Positions 34,801 through 42,900 of a stretch of 64,000 nt of DNA are shown here, one piece after another (position 1 is the stretch's first letter; every line of letters starts with the position of its first letter). Under the pieces are notes generated by a model. The model had not been told where the DNA came from. It saw nothing but the letters and a program-made list of their open reading frames with translations, and ran no database searches. This DNA comes from Elusimicrobiota bacterium (GTDB taxonomy: Bacteria > Elusimicrobiota > Elusimicrobia > UBA1565): positions 10,645-74,644 of the forward strand of contig JACPXC010000039.1 of assembly GCA_016196755.1 (NCBI GenBank), in the 5' to 3' direction. Both the position numbers and the translations under genes were made by a program.

Positions 34801-36400
34801 GCGTCGCCGCGTAGCCGGTCGGCGAGTGGTACGCCGCGACATAGACCGTGTTCGAAGCCACGGCGATGGGCGCGGGGAAGGCCGTCGTCTGCCAGCCGGT
34901 GGACGTCTCGTTGGCGAAGGGGGCCGAGCCGAGCAGGCCGCCGGTGCTCGTGTAGAGGCGCGCCGCGTGCGGGCCGTCGTTGCCGCTCACCTTGAAGAAC
35001 CGCACGCCCGTCACGACCCCCGGCACGTCGGAGAAGAAGCGCACGCCGAGCGTCAGCGGGTTGGGGTCGAGGTAGAACTCGTTGTTCGCCGGGCCCTGGG
35101 TCGTCCAGAGCGTGGCCGTCGCGGTGGAGGACGGCGGAGGAGGAAGAGGAGGGGTCGATCCGGCGACCGAGAAGACCACGTCGACCCAGTAGTTGCTCGC
35201 CCGAGTGCTCGCGGTCGGGAACGCCGGCGCCGCGCCGTAGAGATAGAGCCCGTTGAGCGCCCCGGGCGCGCTGGCGGGGGCGTGCAGCGGCGCGTTGTCG
35301 CGCGGGGCGAGGAAATAGTCGCGGGTGACGGCGAAGCCCGATTGGGAATGATAGGAGGCCACGTAGGTCGTGCTCGCCGCGATCGGGATCGGCGCGGGGA
35401 AGAGCGCAGTCTGCCAGCCCGAGGCCGACTCCCCGGTGAAATTCACCGAACCCAGGAGCGCGCCGGCGTTGGTGTAGAGCCGCCCGACGTGGGGACCGGT
35501 CGCGCCGGTTTTATAGTAGCGGATGCCGTCGATGCGCCCGGCGACGTCCGAGCGAAAGCGCACGCCCAGCGACACGGGAGCCGGATCGTTGGAGAACTCG
35601 GCGGCGGCCGGGCCCAGAGAGGGAGCCCAGAGCGAGGCCGTGGTGGTCGACGCCAAGCCCCTCGACATGGCCTGGACCACGGTCTCGACGACCGTCCCTT
35701 GGGCCGAGCGGGCGGCCAACCAGTCCGTGAAGTCGATCAGCGTCCGCGAGCTGACCGAAAGGTCCTCGCAGCCGTCACAGATGTAGTGGAACACCAGCGG
35801 CACCCAGCCGCCGCCCGCCGCCTCGACGGCGCTCACGTAGCCTTGCAGCTGCGCCAGAGTCGTCGTGCTCTTGATCGATTCGGCCGAGCGTATGGCGAAG
35901 GGCTCGGGCGGAGGGAAGGGCTCGGCCTTGGCGCAGCCGACGCAGGAGAGCCCGCCCACGGCGCGGGCGTTCGAGTAGCCGCAGGCGGCGACGACCGACC
36001 GGACCCCCGCGTTGTTGGCCCCGAAGGGATAGGCGAAGGATTTGGGGTCGAAGCCCCAGGCCAGCAGCTGCTGGCGGTCGTCGCAGACTTGGCGCTCCGC
36101 CTCCGCGGCGGAGACTAAGGTAAGGTCCGCATGGGTCAGGGTATGGCCCGTGACCTCATGGCCGTCGGCAGCGAGGACGTCGAGCTGAGCGCGGGTCAGA
36201 AAGCCCCCGGCGCCGATCCGGTCCGTGTTCACGTAGAAGGTCCCCTTGAGGCCGCGCTGGCGGAGGATCTCCCCCGCCAGGGCCTGTCCGGACGTGGCGT
36301 CGTCGAAGGTGAGGCTGACCACCGTCTGGGCCGCTTGGGCCGAGACGGCCCCGCTCAGGGCCGCTAGGACCAGAAGCAAGCGCGGGAGGCGGATCTGCAT
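28859..36400 (-). CDS. Giant (2513 aa) secreted multidomain surface protein with T9SS-type C-terminal sorting domain
   Basis: Signal peptide MQIRLPRLLLVLAALSGAVSAQA. NodB-type polysaccharide deacetylase (VVSLTFDDATSGQ...). Four DUF4082-like units (LGVRFxSDVxG...NYWVDxVF). Two Kelch-like propeller blocks (GKIYMIGG, GKFYVTGG, DGRVLVTGG...). Ig-like/IPT-like segments. Final ~95 aa are FPNPVRG...VRVYDLTGRLV...GVYFYVVAARKDGQTETRTGKLAIVK, which is T9SS CTD-like. Confidence 0.9.
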   Translation of the reverse strand: MQIRLPRLLLVLAALSGAVSAQAAQTVVSLTFDDATSGQALAGEILRQRGLKGTFYVNTDRIGAGGFLTRAQLDVLAADGHEVTGHTLTHADLTLVSAAEAERQVCDDRQQLLAWGFDPKSFAYPFGANNAGVRSVVAACGYSNARAVGGLSCVGCAKAEPFPPPEPFAIRSAESIKSTTTLAQLQGYVSAVEAAGGGWVPLVFHYICDGCEDLSVSSRTLIDFTDWLAARSAQGTVVETVVQAMSRGLASTTTASLWAPSLGPAAAEFSNDPAPVSLGVRFRSDVAGRIDGIRYYKTGATGPHVGRLYTNAGALLGSVNFTGESASGWQTALFPAPIPIAASTTYVASYHSQSGFAVTRDYFLAPRDNAPLHAPASAPGALNGLYLYGAAPAFPTASTRASNYWVDVVFSVAGSTPPLPPPPSSTATATLWTTQGPANNEFYLDPNPLTLGVRFFSDVPGVVTGVRFFKVSGNDGPHAARLYTSTGGLLGSAPFANETSTGWQTTAFPAPIAVASNTVYVAAYHSPTGYAATRDYFTVPRDSPPLHAPATAPGALNGRYVYGAAPAFPVNGFQATNYWVDAVFFQNASTVPAPNPTCFSSAGTWQNRPFTSQTDSFEATFDATPGQAGMDGVGGFSNGPASDYPAVASIVRFNPAGFIDARNGGAYAAAASIPYSAGTAYSFRLAVNVPAHTYSAFVRSGAGSEQLVGNNFAFRTEQGAVAALNNLGLFAATGSETVCNLAISTGPGGSPSLAAISVTPSSAAVMVGMRQAFRAIGTYTDGSTLTLSGPWSGLAPLPSGRRDLQGAASGGVLYAIGGYVASDTTTVEAYAPSADSWSTKAPLNAPNSTVSSPTPGANRGRYQGSAAAVGGKIYMIGGWTTSPALPSDTVSVYDPALNSWSAGPTVPERSACSQAAVIGTKIYLLSACNGFAGFKRSLYIFDTVAQTWTAGPDAPRPHAGGVGTAIAGKFYVTGGQDVVVRPEVDVYDPGTNAWTTGASMPAVLSAMAGDVINGKWYLAGGMDGASQPVNALWVYDPAANVWAPGPPMPTARGGPAAAAIAGKLYVAGGTDPTGNGSALEVFDPSPTGVGWSSDAPSVATVTAYGFATGLAGGSARIIASSGSVSGSAPLSVTAPSITGLSPNSATAGGPGFTLTVNGGNFTPDSVVRWNGSSRPKTFISGSTLTASISSGDVASTGTASVTVFNPVPGGEGGVSNAAAFTVFAASAPPPASSTATASLWTTQGPANDEFYLDPNPLTLGVRFFSDVPGVVKGVRFFKVSGNNGPHTARLYTSTGGLLGSAPFSNETSTGWQTTSFPVPIAVASNTVYVAAYHSPTGYAATRNYFTIPRESPPLHAPANAPGALNGRYVYGAAPAFPVNGFQATNYWVDAVFSQDVSTVPAPNPTCFSSAGSWQNRPFSPQAGSFEATFDATPGQAGMDGVAGFSNGPAADYPAVASIVRFNPAGFIDARNGGAYAAAAPIPYSAGTAYRFRLAVDVPAHTYSAFVRTGASPEQLVGGNFAFRTEQGAVGTLDNLGLFAATGSETACNLAISTQPAAAPGAREWAATGPMPAVRQSHTMTRLPDGRVLVTGGGSDPTNTAEVYDPATGSFTVTGFMADQRYGHSAALLPNGKVLVFGGGNSDGFNVSAELFDPALGTFSPTGSMSALRGLGALLPNGKVLAVAGDGSAQLYDPATGVWGPTGSRAGGGAVSFTLLQNGKVLAAGGELSELYDPAAGTWSDTGSMGAARTGHSATLLADGRVLVSGGRPAAGAELYDPATGLWSATGPMALNRWRHEATLLPEGLVLAAGGENESGTGLSSAELYDPANGTWRPAAHMTTQRGAHRALLLADGRVLATGGRADEYLSSAELYVPCSGPCPVQNPVPVVYPPSGFAPRAAAEAGGPGFTLHVRGGRFVPGAAVRWNGSPRATTFLDEGGLNAEIPASDIAAAQTVRVTVFNPAPGGGESNELLFTVKPTFTPGVVIFSETFTRPNGLITNEYATNNPNDPASVKSDVWKVRVGSLFANGNQGWTGVNDDVRPNAGSTNGTGNDFIRLQTQRGDFGEVAVQLNVVNHGMPRAVFRDGLRVLLRVTPTTDYYFLQFNDNTGGIGIGKVVDGAQTYLLLASNDPIPFGSTQTVRARAVNLADGSVELTLDAYGKTWSLVDWGNFGRVLRDPGAVGLRGDHTEFSFDDFTVYAPDGSDLGPSPSPSPSSTATASLWTTQGPASNEFYLDPNPLTLGVRFFADVPGFVTGVRFFKVSGNNGPHTARLYTSTGGLLGSAPFANETSTGWQTTAFPAPIAVASNTVYVAAYHSPTGYAATRNYFTVPRESPPLHAPANAPGALNGRYVYGAAPAFPVNGYQATNYWVDAVFSQGVSTAPAGGGAGLSAFAPDPKARQEGAFPAVADPGFGFKAAYIFPNPVRGVKAATFRLQPGLAGGADVRVYDLTGRLVHSSSEFTDRGAFDDGNGLGPQFTYEHLWDVSGIGSGVYFYVVAARKDGQTETRTGKLAIVK
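29283..29766 (-). repeat. DUF4082-like unit, copy 4 (near-identical to copies 2 and 3)
   Basis: Exactly 2940 nt from copy 3. I counted 16 mismatches in 240 nt when comparing 29281-29520 with 32221-32460. Confidence 0.8.
31748..32706 (-). repeat. Segmental duplication copy B (DUF4082-like unit + ~160-aa unit X) inside giant gene
   Basis: Protein SSTATASLWTTQGPANDEFYLDPNPLTLGVRFF...CNLAIS repeats the block encoded at 34170-35130 with few substitutions. Offset is about 2424 nt. Confidence 0.75.
34170..35130 (-). repeat. Segmental duplication copy A (DUF4082-like unit + unit X)
   Basis: See copy B. The shared nucleotide string GACCGCGTCGACCCAGTAGTTCGTGGCCTGGAAGCCGTT lies at the same relative position. 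Confidence 0.75.
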
Positions 36401-36501
36401 GCCGGCTAGTAAATCCGAATCGCGGTTGCGCCCTCATGAAGGATCTGCAAAGTTTATGGCTCATGGCGGGAAGGTCCTAGCGCTGTTTGCGCCTACAAGA
36501 G

Positions 36502-37842
36502 TCAACGGGTCGGGAGAGGTCCCAAGAGCTCGATGAGCCTCAAGGTGTCGTGCGCCTGATAGTAGGCCTTCCCCACGCTCTGCGTCAGCCGCGGGTTGTA
36601 CTCGGTGAAAGCTCGGGCCGCGTCCAGGGCCTTGTCGACGCCCGCCTTATCATCATCGGCGGCCGCCTTCCGGGCCTCGGCCAGGAGCATGGGGACGAAC
36701 TCCCTGGCCTGGAGCTCCCCTTGGCGGAAGGCCTGCTCGACTAGGATGGAGGCGTCCTGATAGTTCATCCGGGCCCGCGCCTCGGCCTTGGCCGTTTTCA
36801 GGAGCGCCAGCGTTTCGTAAGGGTCGCCGGACCTCGCGGCCGCCCTAAGGATCCTCCCCACATGCTCCGCGGGCTGGCGCGCCGGGTCGATGGGGAGTTC
36901 CGCGCCGGGAGCGAATATCGGCGCGGCTTTACCGGGCGCCGGCTCGGGAGCGGCCTTGGCCTGGGCGGGCAGCGTGTTCATGAGGGCGGCCATGTTGACG
37001 AAGGTGGCGCCGGCCTGGTCCGCCGCGCGCGCGGCGTCGATCTTCCGGGCCAGGCCCGCGGCCCCGGCCGGGGCGCCGTCGCGCCCCAGCCCTTCCGCGG
37101 TGAGCACGATCCGGACGGCGGACAGTTCGGGATGCCGGGCCGACATGACCGTGACACCGTCGGCGTCCTTCATCGTGAACACGGGCCCGCGCTCGAAGAG
37201 CGGCGAGACGGCCAAGAGCACGCGCGCCGCGGCCAAGGAGGCTCCGGGGCCCAGCGCCGCGACCTCCGGGAGCCCGGCGACCCAGCTGTAAAAGCCATAG
37301 GCGCCGTTGAAATCCCGGGCGTCGACGCCTCCCACGCCGCCCGGAGCGGCCAGCGCTCCCTTGTCGAAAAGGAGGCCGAGGGCGGCGCCCCGCTCGGCCG
37401 AGCCCGATCTCGGGCTGACGGCCGCGCGCAGGGTCTCATCCTTGCCGAGGCGGTCTAAGACGGCGCGCGGACCGTCGGCGCCCGGCTCGGTCGGAGAGAC
37501 GGCGCGCGCTTGCGCGTCGGCGGAGGCCGGTACCGCGAAAGCCGCCGGGGCCGGGAGCGCGGCCGCGGCGGAAGGCGCTATCGCGGCCGCCAGGGGGCTG
37601 GGACGTGCCGCCGCCGCGGAAAGGGTCGGGACGCTCAGAATCGGGACGCCGCCGAGCCCAGCGCTCAGCGGGGCCAACGAGGCAGGCGTCCCCGGCGGGG
37701 GCGCCGCCGGGCTGACCTGGACGGGAAGTCCGCGCGCCGCCGGGACGCCGGTTCGGGTCACCTGGGAGGCGGCTTGGCCCGCGAGAAGAGCGAGCGTCAG
37801 CAGCGATAGCGCCGGCCGTCCTTCACGTAGACGTCGCGCCAT
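36502..37842 (-). CDS. Secreted Ala-rich hypothetical protein
   Basis: Signal-like N-terminus (ALSLLTLALLAGQAASQ), an Ala/Pro/Leu/Ser-rich region, and a helical C-terminal part. Sits between the giant gene and the next hypothetical in the same orientation. Confidence 0.6.
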   Translation of the reverse strand: MARRLREGRPALSLLTLALLAGQAASQVTRTGVPAARGLPVQVSPAAPPPGTPASLAPLSAGLGGVPILSVPTLSAAAARPSPLAAAIAPSAAAALPAPAAFAVPASADAQARAVSPTEPGADGPRAVLDRLGKDETLRAAVSPRSGSAERGAALGLLFDKGALAAPGGVGGVDARDFNGAYGFYSWVAGLPEVAALGPGASLAAARVLLAVSPLFERGPVFTMKDADGVTVMSARHPELSAVRIVLTAEGLGRDGAPAGAAGLARKIDAARAADQAGATFVNMAALMNTLPAQAKAAPEPAPGKAAPIFAPGAELPIDPARQPAEHVGRILRAAARSGDPYETLALLKTAKAEARARMNYQDASILVEQAFRQGELQAREFVPMLLAEARKAAADDDKAGVDKALDAARAFTEYNPRLTQSVGKAYYQAHDTLRLIELLGPLPTR

Positions 37843-37956
37843 TGGTTCCCCCCGTGCGTCTTACCGAAGTGTAGGCGGGAGTTCATGGGTGCAAAAGGGC
37901 CGCTGGGGATGACTCAAGCTGGGCCATCGGACCTAAGGATGGACTGGGGCGCGGCG

Positions 37957-39309
37957 TTACTGCGGCACGGGCAGCACACGCATGAGGGACTCGCGCACGC
38001 GCCGGCGCGCGGGCTCCAGAGCCGCGCCCGCCGCCTCCGCCATCTTGCGCCGACAGACCGCGCCGACCGCGCAGACGGCGTCCCTCGCGCCCTCGGCTCC
38101 TTCGCGCGCCCTGCGCGACGACCAGGCGCCCGCCCCCTCCGCGCGCTCCGCCGACCACTCAAAGGCCGCGACGGCCCCGTCGCGGCATTTCCCGGGCGCG
38201 GCGCAGACCGCGTCCCGCGTTCCGCGAAGCGCGGGAAGGTAGGTGTTTTGGCGCCAAAGCTCGGCGCGGTCCGAGAGGGTCAGCGGCGGCGGCGCGACCG
38301 TCATCGCGGAGGGGCCGGCCTCGTAATCCTCCGCGTCGTCCTGGATGCGCGCGAGCGCGCTGCCCGCCCGGAATACGAAGCCCTGCTCGCGCCACCGCGC
38401 CTTCAGCGCGGGGACGACGGCATCGCGCGCCGAGCCGAGGCGCGGATCGTCGTAATACCCGAAGACGGCGATGTCCTCGGCCGCTTGGAACGCCGCGTCC
38501 CCGCCTTCGCGCAGACGCCGCGTCGCGGCCTGCAGGACGATCCGCTCGTTTAGGCTCGCCAGCACGGCGCGCGCGGCCTCTCCGCGTTCGAGGTCCGACG
38601 CGGACTCGCGCAGGACGGCGTAGACGGCCAGCTCGTCGGTCTCGAGACCGTTGGCCGCCAGGAGGACGGCCGCGCGCTCGGCCGCCTCGCGGTCCGCGCG
38701 CTCGCCGGGGTCCAATTCCTCGCTCGCGCGCCCTGGCGCGCAGCCGCGAACCGCCTCGAGCAGGCCCCGGGCGACCTCCTTGCGACCGAGGACCGTGCGG
38801 TCCTCCGGCGTCCCCGCCTCGCGCTGGCGCGCGAGCAGCGCCGAGATCCCGTCGAGCGCCGCCGGGCCCGCGTGCGCGCGCTCCCGCCGGGAGCCTGAGC
38901 GACGCGGATCGAGCTCCGCGGCGAGCAGGCGCGTGATGCGTTCGAGGCTCGGGTCCTCCTCCGGCTCCGTCCTTGGATCCGCGAGCCAGCGCGCCAGGGC
39001 CTGAGCGTGGGCACGACGCGTCTCGGCCTCCATCCAATCGTGCCGCGATTGGCTATCGAGCAGGCTTTCCAACGCTCGCCGTGCACGCGGATCGTCGAGC
39101 CTCCCCGGTTCGGCGAAAAGCCAGTCGAACCCGTGACGGCGCGCGGGTTCCGACGGGATGCCGTTGCCGAAGCCGAGCCACTCCAGCGCCTCATCGAGAT
39201 CGGCGGGCGCGGGCGCGGATGCGGCATGCGCTCGGCTCGCGGAAAATGCCGCGGCGAAGATAGCCGCCGAGAGAAACGTCCGACTCCACGCTGGGAATAT
39301 TCCTTGCAT
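37957..39309 (-). CDS. Secreted hypothetical protein
   Basis: Track ORF 37957-39381. ATG 39309 gives MQGIFPAWSRTFLSAAIFAAAFSASRAHA as a signal peptide. Acidic/Arg-rich helical protein with no motif I recognise. Confidence 0.55.
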   Translation of the reverse strand: MQGIFPAWSRTFLSAAIFAAAFSASRAHAASAPAPADLDEALEWLGFGNGIPSEPARRHGFDWLFAEPGRLDDPRARRALESLLDSQSRHDWMEAETRRAHAQALARWLADPRTEPEEDPSLERITRLLAAELDPRRSGSRRERAHAGPAALDGISALLARQREAGTPEDRTVLGRKEVARGLLEAVRGCAPGRASEELDPGERADREAAERAAVLLAANGLETDELAVYAVLRESASDLERGEAARAVLASLNERIVLQAATRRLREGGDAAFQAAEDIAVFGYYDDPRLGSARDAVVPALKARWREQGFVFRAGSALARIQDDAEDYEAGPSAMTVAPPPLTLSDRAELWRQNTYLPALRGTRDAVCAAPGKCRDGAVAAFEWSAERAEGAGAWSSRRAREGAEGARDAVCAVGAVCRRKMAEAAGAALEPARRRVRESLMRVLPVPQ

Positions 39310-39386
39310 GATCACCACCCCCCGGATGATCCAAGGATGCATCGGCGCGTTCGTCTTCGCAAAGCCCCAAAGGGCCCGCATTGGCT

Positions 39387-39446
39387 GGGCCTAACGGCCT
39401 GAATTTTGGGCTCATGGCACTGAACCGCGGGCTAACAGGGCTGAAC
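39387..39446. repeat. Three direct repeats with exact 21-bp period
   Basis: GGGCCTAACGGCCTGAAT (39387), GGGCTCATGGCACTGAAC (39408), GGGCTAACAGGGCTGAAC (39429). Confidence 0.8.
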
Positions 39447-39469
39447 AGAGCCGGTCCGAGCTATGCAAA

Positions 39470-39805
39470 TTTACGCGCCTCGGGCGCGTGGATCGAAGAG
39501 TTGCGATACGGCCGCAACTCTTCGATCTCGTACGGATCAACGGAAAAACGGAAGACGATTGGGCGAGTCGTGTGCACGCTTCGCGCACGGTCCAAATGAT
39601 GAAAAAAACGTCGACTATCCACGTGGATAGTTCGGTGGATATCTTTCCGAATCAACCTGTGATTTCGTTCTGGAACGGCGTAAATCCGTGCGCGAAGCGT
39701 GCACACAGGCGGGCCAATCCTACTGCTCTTTGCCGTTCATTGCTCCAGATCGAAGGATTGCGGCCGTATCGCAATCCTTCGATCCACGCGCCCGAAGCGC
39801 GTAAA
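39470..39805. repeat. Low-GC, triply nested palindromic element (MITE-like, inverton-like or composite operator)
   Basis: Outer 58-nt inverted repeats 39470-39527 and 39748-39805 (53/58 identical). Inner perfect 21-nt inverted repeats 39570-39590 and 39686-39706. Central perfect 16-nt palindrome CTATCCACGTGGATAG at 39615-39630. Confidence 0.85.
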
Positions 39806-39944
39806 CTAACTTCTGGAGCCGTTTCAGAAGCCTACCCACACCTTCGTGCCATGAGCCAAGCTCATCTCCGCGAATTCTTTGCGAACCTAATTTCGCAAGA
39901 GTTCGCAGCCGCTACCTACACTTTTCGCGAAACGTCCGTTACAC

Positions 39945-39977
39945 TTCCCATTACGCGCGCGGGCGCGTACCCTCAAG
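39945..39977 (+). promoter_or_regulatory. Possible promoter of giant gene 2 with palindromic operator in the spacer
   Basis: TTCCCA (39945-39950), 17 nt (TTACGCGCGCGGGCGCG, a TACGCGC..GCGCGTA palindrome), TACCCT (39968-39973), CAAG, ATG 39978. The hexamers are weak matches. Confidence 0.3.
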
Positions 39978-42900
39978 ATGCGCACGAACAGCCCAAGGAT
40001 CTCCCCGAGCGCGCGGAGCCTGCTCGGCGCCCTCATCCTCTCGCTCGCCCTGCCGCGCGAGCTCCATGCCGACACCGCGGTCAAGACCGCCGTCGACGCC
40101 GCCTCCGTCAGCGGCGGGGCCGACTGGACCAACCCCGCCAACGTCCAAGGCGACGACGGCGCCTATGCCGATTTCAACGCCACCAGCCAGAGCTATCTGA
40201 CCATCAAGACCTTCGGCTTCTCCCTGCCGGTCGGCGCCACCGTCGACGGCGTCCAGGTGGTCGTCAACGGCCAAGGGGCCGGCGGAACCAACGCGCGAAG
40301 ACGCTTCCGGGCGGGCCTGACCAAGGACGGCGCCAATCTGGCGGGCACCGAGATGACGGCGCTGACCTTCCTCCAGGACGTGGATTCGGACATCACGACC
40401 GGCGGAGCCACCGACCTGTGGGGCACGACCTTGACCCGCGCGGAGGTCAACAGCGCGGACTTCGGGATCCTGATCCGGGACCAGAACACAACCGCCGATC
40501 TCCTGCGCTTCGACCATGCGACGGTGACCGTCTTCTACACCCCGGCCTCGCAGGCCACCGCGACCCCGACCGACGTAGCGCCCGCCGGCCTCGACCAAGG
40601 CGCCGAATCCGCCTTCGAGAAACTCTCGCTGGTCACCGACCAGGGGAACGCGGAATGGACGGCGGTCAAGGTGACCAAATCCGGGACCTTGGCCGACTCC
40701 GGCGTCACCTCGGTGAAGATATACCTCGACAACGGCAACGGCGTCTACGGCGGCGAGGACACCCTCATCTCCCCCGCCGTCACCGTCTTCGCGGGCGGCG
40801 TCGCCAACATCACGCTTTCGGCCGCGCAGACGCTTACGGCGACGGCCAAGGTCTACTTCGTCGTCTATGACCTCGAACCCTCGGCGGCGCCGGGCGCCAC
40901 GATCGGAGCCTCCATCGCCTCGCAGGCGGACCTCACGATCACCTCGCCCGACACCATCTCCTCGGCGAACTTCCCGGCGAACTCCGCCAACGCCACGGTG
41001 GGCGACGTGGCGGACACCGTCACGATGACGCCCACCGACCAGGCGCCCGGAAGCGCCGCGCAGGGGGCAGAGTTCGCGCTGGAGAGGCTGTCCTTGGTTA
41101 CCAACGCCGAGACCGCCTTGTGGACCGCCATCAAGGTCACCAAGGGAGGGACGCTCGGCGACGGCTACGTGACGACGGTCAAGATCTACGAGGACACCAG
41201 CGGCGACGGCTTCTACGGAGGCGGAGACACCCTCATCTCGCCGTCGGTCAACACGTTCACGTCCGGCTCGGTGACGATCACCCTGTCGGCGCCGCAGACC
41301 ATCACCACCAGCGCGAAGGCCTACTTCATCGTCTGCCAAATCGCGAGCGACGCCACGGTGGGTGCTACCATCGGCGCGCAGGCGGCGGCCGACACGGACC
41401 TCACCCTGAGCGCGCCGGACGCCGTGTCGGCGGCGAACTTCCCGGCCGCCTCCGCGAACACCGCCATCACCGACGTCGCCGACACGATCACGCTCACGCC
41501 CACCGACCTCGCCCCGGCGGACATCGTCCAGGGCTCGGACTACGCGGTGGAGAAGCTCTCGCTGGCGACCGGCGGCGACGCGGCCGTCTGGACGGCGGTC
41601 ACGGTGACCAAGACGGGCGATCTGGCCGACGGCGACGTCGCCTCCGTCAAGCTCTATCTCGACACCGGCAACGGCGTCTACGGCGCCGAGGACACTCTCC
41701 TGGCCAACGGCGCCTTCTCGGGCGGGGCCGCCGCGCTCAGCCTCTCTCCGGCCCAGACCATCACGACCTCCGCCCAGGTTTACTTCATCGTCTACGTCCT
41801 GACCTCCGGCGCCGCGCCGGGCGACACCATCGGCGCTCAACTCACGAACAACGCCAGCCTGACGGTGAGCGCCCCGGACACCGTCGCGACGACCAACTTC
41901 CCCGTCAACTCGTCAAATTCCACGGTCCTCCTTCAAGGCGACGAGATCACCGTCACGCCGACGGACCAGGCCCCCGGCAGCGTAAGCCAGGGGGCGGAGT
42001 TCGCCTTGCTCCGGCTCTCGATGGCGACCGACGCCAACACCGCGGAATGGACCGCGCTCAACGTGACCAAAGGCGGGACGGTGCCCGACGCGGGCATCGC
42101 GACGGTCAAGATCTACCTCGACGACGGCGACGGCGTCTACGACGCCGGCGACACCCTCATCTCCCCCGCCGTGACCGCGTTCTCGGGGGGCGCGGCGGCC
42201 GTCACGTTGACCGCCGCCCAGACCATCACCACCACCCCCAAGGTCTACTTCATCGTCTACGACCTCGAGAGCGACGCCTCCGCGGGCACGACCGTCGGGG
42301 CCTCGGTCGCGTCCAACAGCCAGCTGACCGTGACGACACCCGACACGGCGGCAAGCGCCAACCTGCCCGCGAACTCGGCCAACGCGACCATAAACGACGT
42401 GGCCGACACCGTGACCGTGACCCCGACCGACGCAGCACCGGCGAACATCGCCCAAGGCTCGGACTTCGCCCTGCTCAAGCTCTCGCTGGCGGCCGACGAC
42501 GACCAGGCGACCTGGACCAACCTGACCGTGACCAAGACCGGCGACCTGGCCGACGGCCAGGTCACCACGGTCAAGGTGTATCTAGACGACGGAGACGGGA
42601 CTTACGACGCCGGGGACACGCTGATCTCGCCGGCGGTCAACACGTTCACCGCCGGCGTGGTGAGCATCGCGATCTCGGCCTCCCAGGCGATCACGCCGGC
42701 GGCCAAGGTGTACTTCGTAGTCTACGCCTTGGAGGCGCTCGCCGCCGTCGGCGGCACCATAGGCGCGCGCGTGGCGGCCGCCGGCGACGTGACGGTCACG
42801 GGCGTGGACGGAGTCTCGGCGGCGAACCTTCCGGCGAACTCGACGGTCGCGAGCGTGGTCGACGGGGCCGACACCGCCACGGTGACCCCGACCGACCAGG

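Noticed and set aside
39387-39641. Replication origin (iteron-like 21-bp repeats, three TATCCAC DnaA-box-like cores, A-rich stretch)
   Set aside because: There are only partial DnaA-box matches. No dnaA, dnaN or rep gene is nearby, and the locus lies between two surface-protein operons. I kept the sequence observations but not the origin interpretation. A GC-skew analysis of the whole replicon would settle it.
39381-39706. Small ORFs inside the palindromic element (39381-39599+, 39461-39706-, start of 39488-40870+)
   Set aside because: The similar peptides on both strands (..EELR.YRNSSI..) are a trivial consequence of the inverted repeats. There is no SD or promoter-start geometry and no coding-like GC3 pattern.
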